DNA of 64,000 nt from Lytechinus pictus (taxonomy: Eukaryota), in NCBI RefSeq assembly GCF_037042905.1, contig NC_087245.1:4714001-4778000 (forward strand). Reading direction: 5' to 3'. This document shows, piece after piece, positions 38,612 to 50,022 of this stretch. The notes beneath the pieces are model-generated. The model ran no database searches, had not been told where the DNA came from, and was given only the letters and a program-made list of their open reading frames with translations. The translations under genes were made by a program, and so were the position numbers. Within the stretch, counting starts at the first letter, position 1. Every line of letters begins with the position of its first letter.

Positions 38612-39636
38612 GGATGGTCCGGGCAGAAAATATTAGAGGGCATTATCCTGGTTTAAGTCGCCACTCCATTCACTGCCGTTTATTTCGTCAGCGGTGGTGA
38701 CTTCTTTCCTCTCCCATTGACTTTGTACACAAGGAGCGCACACACACGAAAAGAGAGGTGACTTATTTCAGGATAAGGCCAAATAGAGTAAAATTCTCAG
38801 AGCAAAATGCTGAAAATTTTATCAAAATCGGACAACAAATACAAAGTTATTGAATTTTAAAGTTTATCAATATTTTGTGAAACCAGTTATATGCACATCG
38901 TCATCGTCATTAATATTCATTAGGTGGGCTGATGATGTTGATATCACATCCCCACTTTCCTTTTTCGCATGTTGTTATTACATGAAATCATAATTGTTTC
39001 ATTTTTTCATACATGTGTACAAAAATGACGTGTCTCCATTATGATGAAATAAGTTGGGGCAATAAATAACTAATGCACTTAATCAGTTGTCAATCAAATT
39101 TTTTTAGTTCATGGTAGAAAAAGTTTGAGTAAACCTAATTTCATATTATAAAAAACATAAGAACAAGTGGGAATATGACATCATCAGCCCACCTAATGAA
39201 TATTCATAAAGACATGCCTAGAACTGTTTCACCGGAATAATGCAAATCTTTAAAATTCAATAACTTTGTTATTTGTTATCCGATTTTGATCAAATTTTCA
39301 GCATTTTGCTTTTCAAATTTTACCCTATTTATTGAGATATAAATATCTCCAGATTGGACCATCCCTTTAACTAAGTTTGCAACCCTAAAAATGGCGTAAC
39401 CCATGACTGAGAAAAGCCACCCTAAGTGGCGTGAACAGGGAAATCCCCTAATTTGATACCCTAAGTAAGAAAATATTTGCAATCAATTGCAAATATTTGG
39501 TTGGAATTGTAGGCTACAATTGATAGATCGATTTTAGCTGTAGCAAATCAGATTACACTCATTGTTTCAAGAAGCAGATTAGCAATCAAATGCAAACTTG
39601 CAATTTATTTGAAGACTCATGATTGATTTGTAGACC

Positions 39637-39814
39637 CAAAACGGTGATTTGAAGCCGGTTCGCAGTTCCCCACACGTATTAATTCACTGCCGAATCCAAA
39701 ATGGCTGACACAAATTTTGCATGACCCGCACACAATTTGCGTTCGCCATTTTGGATTCGGCAGTGAATTAATACGTGTGGAGAATTGCAAACCGGCTTCA
39801 AATCACTGATTTTG
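39637..39814. repeat. Hairpin MITE, ~62-bp arms
   Basis: gtgatttgaagccggtt...aattcactgccgaatccaaaatggc (39644-39705) is inverted at 39745-39806. Confidence 0.85.
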
Positions 39815-40230
39815 AGACATTTACAAGAACGGGCAAGGAGTGAGTCTGTGTCCGATGGTAAGTTTAGTCACTGTAGAGTACGCTTAATGTCTTTTTTACA
39901 TGAGGTGTTGCCTTTTTTACCCAAAAGTGGCACAATTTGTCACTGGTTTTTGGGAGCGAGTATTTATTGCCCGATGATTCGGGTAGGTGTAGCGGTAGTG
40001 AAGTGTAGTGGAGCCTATGTGAACCATCGCCTGAGGTAGCCCCGGCCCAGCCAGCCATGCCAGGTGGAGTGGGATGCTCATAGTGTGCGGGGTGGTTGGT
40101 AAGTGCTGCAATTAAAAGTTCGTGCCCAGCTGCCAAACCTTGTGAATAATCAATTTTCTTGTTTTTATTGTTTTTATTATTTTTATTGTTCACTATTGTC
40201 AGGTCTTATTTGAACAGGATAAATGCTTAA

Positions 40231-40853
40231 AGGGGAATCCAGCCTTTGTCATAAAATGTTGTGTTGGAAAGGAGAAAAATAATTTATTAAAAAGAATGGT
40301 GAAAGTTTGAAAGAAATCGGACAAGCAGTAAGAAAGTTACCAATGTATGCCTGGATGCTTTAATATTGAGATCCCTAAGACTATGTACAGTACATTTCTT
40401 ATTGGCAACTGGGTCAGTAAATTAGGACAAGGGGCAAGGACAACTTTCCCATATGCCATGTACTTGGATTTGTGATTTTCTCCTACTGTACATGTAAGTA
40501 CCGGTACCTATTCCCCTGGGGCAGTAATCTAAATATAACCCAGGCAGTACCTGGTATATTGTTTTGTCCTCAAGAAAGAAAGATATAATTTGAAGTAAAA
40601 CTTGCGAAAAAATGACATTTTAGCCATTTTATGTATTGGAGTATACATGGAAGAGTATTTGCCTTACATCACTATATCATCAGATTGGCGTCAAATTTGA
40701 AGTCTCCATGGGTTTAGTGATTACCAATATTTCAAACTTTTGAAAATTCATAACTCTCTTGTTGTTTGTCCTATTTTTCAAACTTTCACCTATCAACTTG
40801 TCTGATTTGTCTTTTTCCTCTGAAACAGGTTTTTATTTGGGTTGGATTCCCCT
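40231..40853. mobile_element. TTAA-flanked MITE (AGGGGAATCC ends; Kolobok-like)
   Basis: TTAA on both sides; TIRs and long imperfect inverted arms. Confidence 0.8.
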
Positions 40854-42058
40854 TTAATTGAAAATGATATAAGTTATTAAACATAAAATTTAATATTGAT
40901 ACTACATGTAATGATCAAAGGTGGGAATCAAAACTTGCCAATACAACACTGGGACAGCGAAAAGCTCTGTCCTGGCGTCTTAAATCGCTCCATTACAGGC
41001 AATTGGTCTAAAGGCTTCATAGTTTATACCTCTGCTGTATTGAAATTCTATAGACCTACCTCAACATCTCTATATATTTTTTCATATCTGTGGTAGGATT
41101 CTTGCCAAATTGAGGATTGCTGGGCATATTTGCTAATAAATATAACTTATTTGTCAGTTTATAATTTTATGATTATTTAATTGAAATGTTTGTCAATGTT
41201 GATGTCACTGGACGAAATGAATAACAGAATATTTACATAGGTTTATTTTTAAGGAAAAAAAAGAGGAACCCCTTCCCTATATTATCTCAATTCCAAAGCA
41301 GTGTATCAATTGGTCTTTTAATGTTCTGTAATTTTCATTCACAATTTTATACGTTTATGTTGTGTTTAATCTAAATTCTTTATATGTAATGCACTTTGTA
41401 CCTTTCCAACAAAAGCGCTATAGAAATTCTAATATTATTTTATCATTATTTTTCTCTTTTCTTCTCATGACTTGAGCATTATTGTTGAGCAAAATAAAAA
41501 AGAATACCGTCCAAAATTATACTAAGCTCCAAATAATTATTTGTTTGTCTCCTTTGCTGCTTAAAGTCATTAAAAAGAGCATCGCTTCTTGAAATTGGTT
41601 GTTGCACACACCGAAGCCCATACTACAGTAAGCTGCAAAATCTTTGCTTACAATGTAGAATGTAAAACTCTCTGCTCACAGCATGCTCTCAATGGCAGCA
41701 GTACATATATTTGCCTACTCCATAGAGTTACATTACAGAGACCACCATTTTCACCCGTTTTCTCAAACTATTCATAGTTCCAAACCCCTTATATTTTTTT
41801 CATTTTGCCTTCACAAGATAACATACCTTCCAGTTTTTAGGTCAAGTGCCCCACCATCCTCCCCTTACATGTAGGCCATTGTATGAGGCTAGCTGTAGAA
41901 TTGATAGTTAAAAGATGTTAGTTGGTACATGGTATGTAGTAAATATTGAGTCATCACTAATTCATCACACTGCTATAATTGTGTGTAATTTTCTTTCCAA
42001 TATTGTCTTTTAGAGACACCAGATCCTACAATGCACTGGCTTCACCTGAGGTTAGAAG

Positions 42059-45000
42059 ATGTCTCAAAATAACCCTGCCCTTAGTCAGCACAACACTTTG
42101 GCTTCAAAAATTTCAAGATTTGAAGGAAAGAGACCAGCACTAGAGATGGTTTCTCAGGACAAACAGTTTCAGAGTTTGCAATCTAATGAGGGTAAGAACA
42201 TGGAGTGTCAGTATCAGGGAAAAGCAAAGTTGGTTGCAGAAGAACAAGCGGAGGAGGGAGAAATGAGCATGGGAGAAATGAGCACCAGAGGTTCTTTGCT
42301 CTCTCAAGATGTAAGAGCTGATGGATGGTGCCAAGAAAGAGATGTTGGATCTTTAAGGGGTGACCTTGGACTTAAATGTCACGGTGATGCAGATGTCAGC
42401 ATGAGTGGCAGCTTGCGATCTGATAATTCTGGTAGAAATGTGGGGACTGCTGCCATTTGCAAGCAAAGATGCAAAGAAGAAGAGGTCCAAAAGAAACTCA
42501 AAGACATACATATAGTTGGTGAAAAGGTTACTAGGGAAGAAGATCATAATCAAGATGATCTGAATAAAGAAAGACATTGTGAAAGTGTTAAAGGTACAGA
42601 CACTCAAAATCTATCTGTAACGAGTGGACAGAAACTGGATAAAGCAGTTCTACCTGGTGAAAAAACAAGAATAGGAGATGCTAGAGGAGAAAAGGGAGGA
42701 GGAGAAGCAGCGGGAAAGAGGCAAGGAGGACATTCTAAACAGGAACTGGAAGCCTCATTGTTCCCAATAAGATCAAGTGACAATGGTAAACAAACATTCT
42801 ATCAAGATTCTAACAAACAATCATTGGACAGTTCCCACAACTTGCATTCGTCTCATAGCGAACCCAGCATGACTACATCCCAGTCTTCTCCGACATCCTC
42901 CTCCAAATACTCTCGTAGTCAATCCCTCCAGGTCAGCCGCAGAAACGACCATTATGACATACTGCTGATCTACACCAAAGAAGATGAACGCACCTGTGCA
43001 ATCCCTTTCAGAGAATATGCTGCCAGTAAAGACTGGAAGGTTACCTCCACAGCTGAGCTTCCTATCGGTCCCCTGTCACTTAAAAACTTTCGCAAAGCCA
43101 TGGAGTGTTGCTCTTACGTTGTGCTGTTAATATCCTCGCATTTCATCTCGGACAGGGCCTGTGAACGACACTACAATATTGCCATCCAGTATGGAGATAA
43201 ACACCAAGAGTTCACTGATTGTGTTCTTCCAATCCTCTTTGATAGTGCTGAACTTCCTCCTGAATTAGATGCTATTCAGCATGTCACATGGGATCATCCT
43301 TACTTTGACAATGTCATGACAAAGTCAATCGATGTTGAGAAGCGCCTTGAGCGAGAGTTACAGGAAGCTGCAGCAGTTACATGCACATCATTAACCCATA
43401 GCAGAGCTATCTCAGTAGATGCCAGCTTACCTACCACAAGTTCCGTTCAGGTATGTGTATGTATGGAGGATTGTGTATTAACTTTGAAATGCATGATATG
43501 GGCCATGTGGAAGGTAGGGGGCCAATAAAGTCATAAATTCATGGATAAACATCACTGAGAAAAAGTATTGTTTATTTTCAGTGATATTTCTGTTTATCTG
43601 TAGGGGAAGAAAGTGAGGTCAACTTATAGAAATAAATTTAGGAATACACGTGTATGGATAAGATACTGATGTACATGCAGTGAAGGAAGTTTGAGGTCTT
43701 AATATTACAAGTGACAAGGATTACCAGAAAGGGGGGAATGTTGTAAAAAGTAAAAAAAAACAATCGTAATAACAGTGAAAATATTTGTTAATTGGTTTCT
43801 AATCTATAGGTTGAATGTAAGTGATTTAAAGTAACTCTACCTTGCAATTCCTATCTGACCTAAAGTACATGTAGCTCTGATCAATTGAATCTTGAAGAAG
43901 TTAATTAATATGTACATGTATGTATTACAGTACCAGATGGCCTCAACCCCACCAACCCTTCACACAGTTCCAGCAAAAATACCAGTTCATAAGACTGAGT
44001 CACCTCAAGGAAATACAGCTGCTCAACAGGTAGAATATATTACATAATTCAGATATTATACAATTATGGTACTATGATGATGAAAGTATAAATGATAGGA
44101 CTACTTGTATTACTTCTTTGATCTGATATCTTTCCAATTTGTTGTTAAAAATGAACATGCGAAGCCTCGTGCATTAGGCTTGAGATTCCTGCATTTATAG
44201 GCTCTTGCTCATCCTGCTAATTATTTTTTGTAGTGGTTATTTGTTTGCTTTAGAAGTCATGGTGATAACCATTTCTTCAAACTGCCTTTGCATTTGACCA
44301 CTGACCTCTTTACTTGTCAAGTTTATTAGAAAATCCATTATATTAATTTTGAATTTATTGATCTTTGGCTCCCCGACTTTGCTTGCTCCCAAATTTTTGA
44401 AGATGCTGGACTGTATCCAAAATACAAATATTTAGCTCTTGAGCCATCACACCCTATCATTCAAGTCCACCCTGGGCGGGTGACTGAAGCCTGCGTTGTG
44501 TGTTAATTAAGGTGTTAATGTGTCCCTCCCTGTCCATAGATGCAGGCTATGTTAGTGGAAAACACTCGAATATGATGTTAAATGGAGGCCCCGTGTAGAG
44601 GAGAGTCACCACCTTTGCATGTTATTGAGCCCACATCACTATTTGTGTAAGAATAGGGGGAAACACTGGTTTAGTGGTCCACCTGCACTCCCCCACTCAG
44701 TTGTATCGGGAGGAGAGACCTGCGGGTCATAGTGATTCAGTTTGTTTTTCACCTCCCTGGTACAGGTGACGCCAAACAAATATTAATGATAATAAAAATA
44801 ATTACCTGGGAACTGTATCATTTCATCAATTTCAAGCATTGCTATTCTTTAAACTTGACTTAGATCTCCGTCAATATTTAAAAGATATTGAGCTCACTAT
44901 TCTTGATCAAATTCATGCTAGAATATGTTCTGACACAGTTCTAATTAATAACTACTTAATACCCAGTTTGAAAACTTTTAGTTCCCTCTAATAACACAAA

Positions 45001-48000
45001 TACGGTGGATGTGACAAGAGAATATGCACCTACATGTAGTCTGCTTATAATAGTAATGATAATATGAAGATTTCAATTTCATAAGATACTAATTCCAATG
45101 CTGATGAAAAGTTTTTTTTGTATAAAACCATAGCTTCTACTCTTTGAATCATACTTTTAACTTAAGAGCTAATTTAAGTTCTAATAAAAATGTTTTCTGT
45201 AGATGCCTATGGAATTAATAGAAAATAAAAACATTAAAAAAATGTTTTCACAAAAAATTAGTTTGGTGCAGTACCTTCTAGAACCAAACTTTCCTACATG
45301 TATGTACTCACTCAATGAATGTATGAAGTATTTAGAATATGCATGTGACACTTCTTAATCTTTAATATTTGCTCTGCTGTTTTTCTGCCTGTTTTTCTGA
45401 CCTCCCTCTCTTATCCTTCTTTTTCATGTGCCATTATAAAGGAAAATTAAACCTTTGGAACAAGATAGCTTTGTATTGCAAAAACGGGAAAATCAAAGCA
45501 ACAGATCAACAAAAGTGCGAGAAAATTTGAATAAATAATAAGAAAGTTATGAGCATTTGAAGTTTAGATCATTATTGTAATGTAGATCCCCCTATTGGCA
45601 ATGAGACAAAGATGTGTGACGTCACATGTGAACAACTTTCTCATTACTTTTGTATATATTTCACTTAAGCTGCCTCTTTTCTCACATCTATCAGTAGATC
45701 ATGTATTCTTTCTATAGGAGGGCATGATATAAAGATTTTCAAAGAAAACATTATGGATAAAGAGCTTGTATCACCATAGGAAAGAGCAAAAAGAGACATT
45801 TTGGGGGTATTTTATAGTCCATAAAGGGAAAGTTGTTCACATGTGACATCACACATCTTTGCTGCAATGCCAATGGGAGGAGCTCCATAGCATTAGTGAT
45901 CACAATATTCTCACTATTTGTCCCATTTTTCTCAAACTTTCTTTGATCTTATTCTTTGATTTTTTCCACACAAGCCCACTTGTTCTAAAGGTTTGATTCC
46001 CCCTTTAATATCATTTATGTACTGAATATAAAAAGATGATTGTTTATTTAAACAGAGAGTAAAAGAACAAGAAGCATGTTTGATGCCCACTGATGTTGAA
46101 TCACCGATCTTACCACCCATTCCTGATAACACAACATCCAATGTGGTTGCCAAGCAGAGACTGAAGCCAGGAGATGCAGCAGCCACTGGAGGTCAGGCAC
46201 AACTAGCTGCAACAGATACCAGCCAGCACACTATAATCCCTTGTCCTGGATACTCCACTCATAGGCTTGATCATAGCAGCATGCCACAACATCAATCTCT
46301 TACCACCATACCCTGCCAGCCACAATCAACATTCCAGCAACCAGTGAATGCAGCAGAAAGGCAGTATCAACCATTACAGCATCCTGGACCGGATGCTAGT
46401 ATATCTCAGGGGGGTTGTGATGCAGTGGCACAAGTCAGCTCTCAGATCCTGCAACCCCAACCACCACATCAACCACTTACCAATCTACTTCCTGCAGCAT
46501 ACCAACCACAATCAACCTATCACCAACACGTTCCTGTTCAACATCCTCATTTTCCTGAGTCAGATGGATCTCCACATTCAGTCACATCACCATCTCCAGT
46601 TGTCCAATCTCAACTGCATCGTACAATCTCCCATCCTTCACAGGTAATTAAACTCAGATACCTGAGCTCCCATTCGATATTCATTCTGAATGAAGTGTAT
46701 AAAGAATTGATATTATGACATTCTATATCAAAGTAGAGTCATGTGCAAGGCCCTATCTCAATGAGTATGTAAAGCGTGGGGCACACTAAACGATCTATTG
46801 TGATCAAATTTGGAGAAAAAAAATCACAGTTGGACAGATAACAACATGCTAATACATTCAATATAGAAATGTAACAAATACCTTCATAGAGTGTTCATTG
46901 GTTTGCTATTCTACATGTAGTCACCTGGTCTATGCAATTTCTGCATCTTGCTATGTAAGGCATGCTTACACTATATCTTGCTTTGAAATCTGCCTATCAT
47001 AATGAAAGAAATGAAAGGCCATTTGACAAAATTTGCCCCTGAGGTAACTATGAACTGGTATATTCTTAACAAATTTTCAAGCGTCCCTGTCGGAAGAAAA
47101 GCAAACTATTCAATTTCAAATGGTAGCGACTCATGATTGGCTGCAAGTTGAAGCTGATTTATTTGTTAACTGATTTCTTCTTACCAAGACCTAAGATGAA
47201 AAGCAAAGTGGGAATCTGATTTTAGTATTTCTAGCATTATGCCAAAGTTCAAATAAAATAAGTTTACTTCAAACTTTCATGAAGATGCAAAATGTGAATT
47301 TATGACCGTGTAGTGTGCAACAGGCTCATTTTTTAAAAACGAAATTTTGTCTTTGAGGATTGATCTATGGCATGATACTGTACATTTAGCATGGATGGGA
47401 TCTTGCACTTTTTCAATTCATTATGTCAGTCTAGTGACACATTTATTCTAAATTGCTATTATGCAGTGATGTAATGAGGAAAAAAAATTGAGGGGGCCAG
47501 ACATTGTGTATTAAGCAATAGTTCTAAAAAAATACTGCAAGGGAGCAAAACAAGTGAGCAAAAATTTCTACCTTTTTTTACACAAATCTGACTTTGTGAT
47601 CAATTTGACATGATATTGAGAAAATGAAATCATATTTTGCCCATTTTCCTTTTCTTTCTGTGTTTTCTACTTTTGTTGGTCGTGAAATTATTGGGGGTCC
47701 ATGGCCCCCAGCTCCCCATCTGTATGCTAGTGCTATTAAAATACTATGTTCAGTTGTGTAAAGACTCATTTTTGTCTCACCTGCATAGCAGAGTGAGACT
47801 ATAGGCGCCGCTTTTCCGACGGCGGCGGCGACGGCGACGGCGGCGGCGGCGTCAACACCAAATCTTAACCTGAGGTTAAGTTTTTGAAATGACAGCATAG
47901 CTTAGAAAGTATATGGACCTAGTTCATGAAACTTGGCCATAAGGTTAATCAAGTATTACTGAACATCCTGCCTGAGTTTCATGTCACATGACCAAGGTCA

Positions 48001-50022
48001 AAGGTCATTTAGGGTCAATGAACTTAGACCATGTTGGGGGAATCAACATCAAAATCTTAACCTAAGGTTAAGTTTTTGAAATGTCATCATAACTTAGAAA
48101 ATATATGGACCTAGTTCATGAAACTTATACATAAGGTTAATCAAGTATCACTGAACATCCTGCATGAGTTTCACATCACATGACCAAGGTCAAAGGTCAT
48201 TTAGGGTCAATGAACTTTGGCCGAATTGGGGGTATCTGTTGAATTACCATCATAACTTTGAAAGTTTATGGATCTGATTCATGAAACTTGGACATAATAG
48301 TAATCAAGTATTACTGAACATCCTGTGGAAGTTTCAGGTCACATGATCAAGGTCAAAGGTCATTTAGGGTCAATGAACTTTGGCCAAATTGGGGTATTTG
48401 TTGAATTACAGCCATAAATTTGAAAGTGTGTTGGTCTAGTTCATAAAACTTGGACATAATAGTAATCAAGTATCACTGAACATCCTGTGCGAGTTTCAGG
48501 TCACATGATTAAGGTCAAAGGTCATGTAAGGTCAAAGAACTTTGGCCACGTTGGGGGTATTTGTTGAATTGCCATCATATCTCTATAAGTGTATTGGTCT
48601 AGTTCATAAAACGTGGAAATAAGAGTAACCAAGTATCACTGAACATCTTGTGCGAGTTATAGTAGTTTTCAAAATCAGCACTGCTGCTATATTGAATCGC
48701 GTGATGCAGGTGAGACGGCCAGAGGCATTCCACTTGTTGTGATATTGAGTCAGACCTGTATTAATTCAAATTCTGCAAACAACTTTTAAGGAATAATGTT
48801 TCTATGCAATCCAAAGATAGTCAGGTATTATTAATTTACAATGTCATACATCTTTTTTTTAATTGATTAGGTCGAGATAGGTATAGATATCCTCACAATG
48901 ATGTCCATTAATCATTAATGATATGGATCTGTAAACAGTCATATCATTGAGCAATAGATCGTAGACGGTAACTTTTACATTAGTGTATTAATGTATACAG
49001 TTCAATTGCACACATTTATATTTCCTCATTTTCCTTTGACATGGCTACTTCAAACCTAGCTTGTATGATCTACCTGTGCATGCTATTTAAATCAGATGGT
49101 TATGTATTGGATTTAAACAGGGGCCCCCATCAACTACCACTTGTCTTGATAATAACAAATAACCAATTTGAAATTTACATGGTCTTACTGATATCATTTT
49201 TAACTTATTCATTTTCTGATTTCTTTAATACTAACTATTCTGTTTATTTTTCCTCTCTTTTACCTTATGTTATTACCAAGTTTGATTTCCCTTTAATCAT
49301 CATAGAGAGCTGACAAAGTAATTTGCATCAAAAATATATTTACTAAATGATTATAAAGAAAAACAAAGTTTTATGTTGTGTAGTGAAAAATATTATTTTG
49401 GTAATGATTCAAGTTATTTGAACATAAATTGCTTAATAAGTGAATTGAGCATTTTCATATGGTGGGCTGAGTGAGTAATGTACCCATGCAATTTTTATAT
49501 CGGCTTCTCTCAGCATTTAGAGCGTAGTCATTTTCAAACCCTTAATAAATTTATAAAAATTATGTTTAGCAAAATTTTGTGCTTTACCAAAGGCCAGTCA
49601 TTTAGATGGTTCTCTACTCATTTTACTTCTTAACTTTGTAGGATTATGCCAACATGACAGGTGAAGAGATATTGCGTTCACTGATCCCGGAGTTAAAACC
49701 TGGACAAGCCGCTACCCATATGCTCTCATCGACTCGATTTGGTAAGATATGTGAGCTCCTGGATGACACCGATGTCCGGGGAAATGACTGGAGATTCCTG
49801 GCCGAGATCCTGGATGTGAACTCCTCTCAAATGAGTTTATTGGAGAAGAACCAGAGAGGGAAAACAAGGTTTCTTTTGGAGGTTTTCTTCTTGAAAAATG
49901 GGATGGAGGGGAAATTAAAGGCACTGGAGGAGCTGTCGAGAATTCTGAAACTGATCGAGAGGCATGATGCTGCTGAACATGTAGATATGGAAATCAAAGT
50001 TACCAAGTGTAGAGGAAGGTAA
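42059..50022 (+). CDS. TIR-domain + C-terminal death-domain adaptor-like protein (TICAM/TRIF-like TIR), 4 coding exons, ~819 aa
   Basis: Exons 42059-43450 (acceptor tttag at 42013; in-frame stops upstream of the ATG; donor CAG|GTATGT), 43931-44029 (YQMASTPP...AAQQ), 46056-46643 (RVKEQEACLMP...HPSQ, P/Q/S-rich) and 49642-50022 (DYANMTGEE...CRGR*). All introns are phase 0 GT-AG. TIR at about 42950-43340; death domain at about 49720-49995. Joining of the four exons is inferred from phase and proximity. Confidence 0.8.
42950..43340 (+). other. TIR domain-coding segment
   Basis: HYDILLIYTKEDE (box 1-like), ELPIG (BB-loop-like), AMECCSYVVLLISSHFISDRAC (betaC/alphaC), DCVLPILF (betaD), LPPEL. The pattern is typical of TIR_2/TICAM-type TIR domains. 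Confidence 0.88.
44390..44800 (+). mobile_element. Probable SINE remnant
   Basis: Degenerate tRNA-like head, central motif gatgttaaatggaggccccgtg...tgcatgttattgagcccac and an (aat)-rich tail. Confidence 0.45.
45440..46004. mobile_element. TTAA-type MITE with long inverted arms
   Basis: aaacctttggaacaag / cttgttctaaaggttt; gatgtgtgacgtcacatgtgaacaacttt / aaagttgttcacatgtgacatcacacatc; TTAA at 46005-46008. Confidence 0.8.
47769..48738 (+). mobile_element. Helentron-type non-autonomous element (HINE/DINE-like) with internal tandem repeats
   Basis: T-run, then sub-terminal IR GTCTCACCTGCA (47774-47785) / TGCAGGTGAGAC (48705-48716); (ggc)n microsatellite; ~4.5 units with periods 192, 163 and 162 bp; 3' end cttgtt. 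Confidence 0.8.
49642..50022 (+). other. Death-domain-coding exon
   Basis: ICELLD...GNDWRFLAEILDV...MSLLE...TRFLLE...LEELSRILKLIERHDAAEHV shows the canonical death-domain signature (DWR-x-LA-x-x-L near the start; L-x-x-I-x-R-x-DA at the end). Confidence 0.9.

Larger units (their letters stand above)
33193..39366. mobile_element. TTAA-flanked long-TIR MITE (AGGGATGGTCC ends; Kolobok-like) split by a 5.4-kb insertion
   Basis: TTAA at 33189-33192 and 39367-39370. The left TIR is restored by removing 33203-38619. Arms at ~38785-38860 and ~39248-39326 are reverse complements. Confidence 0.8.
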
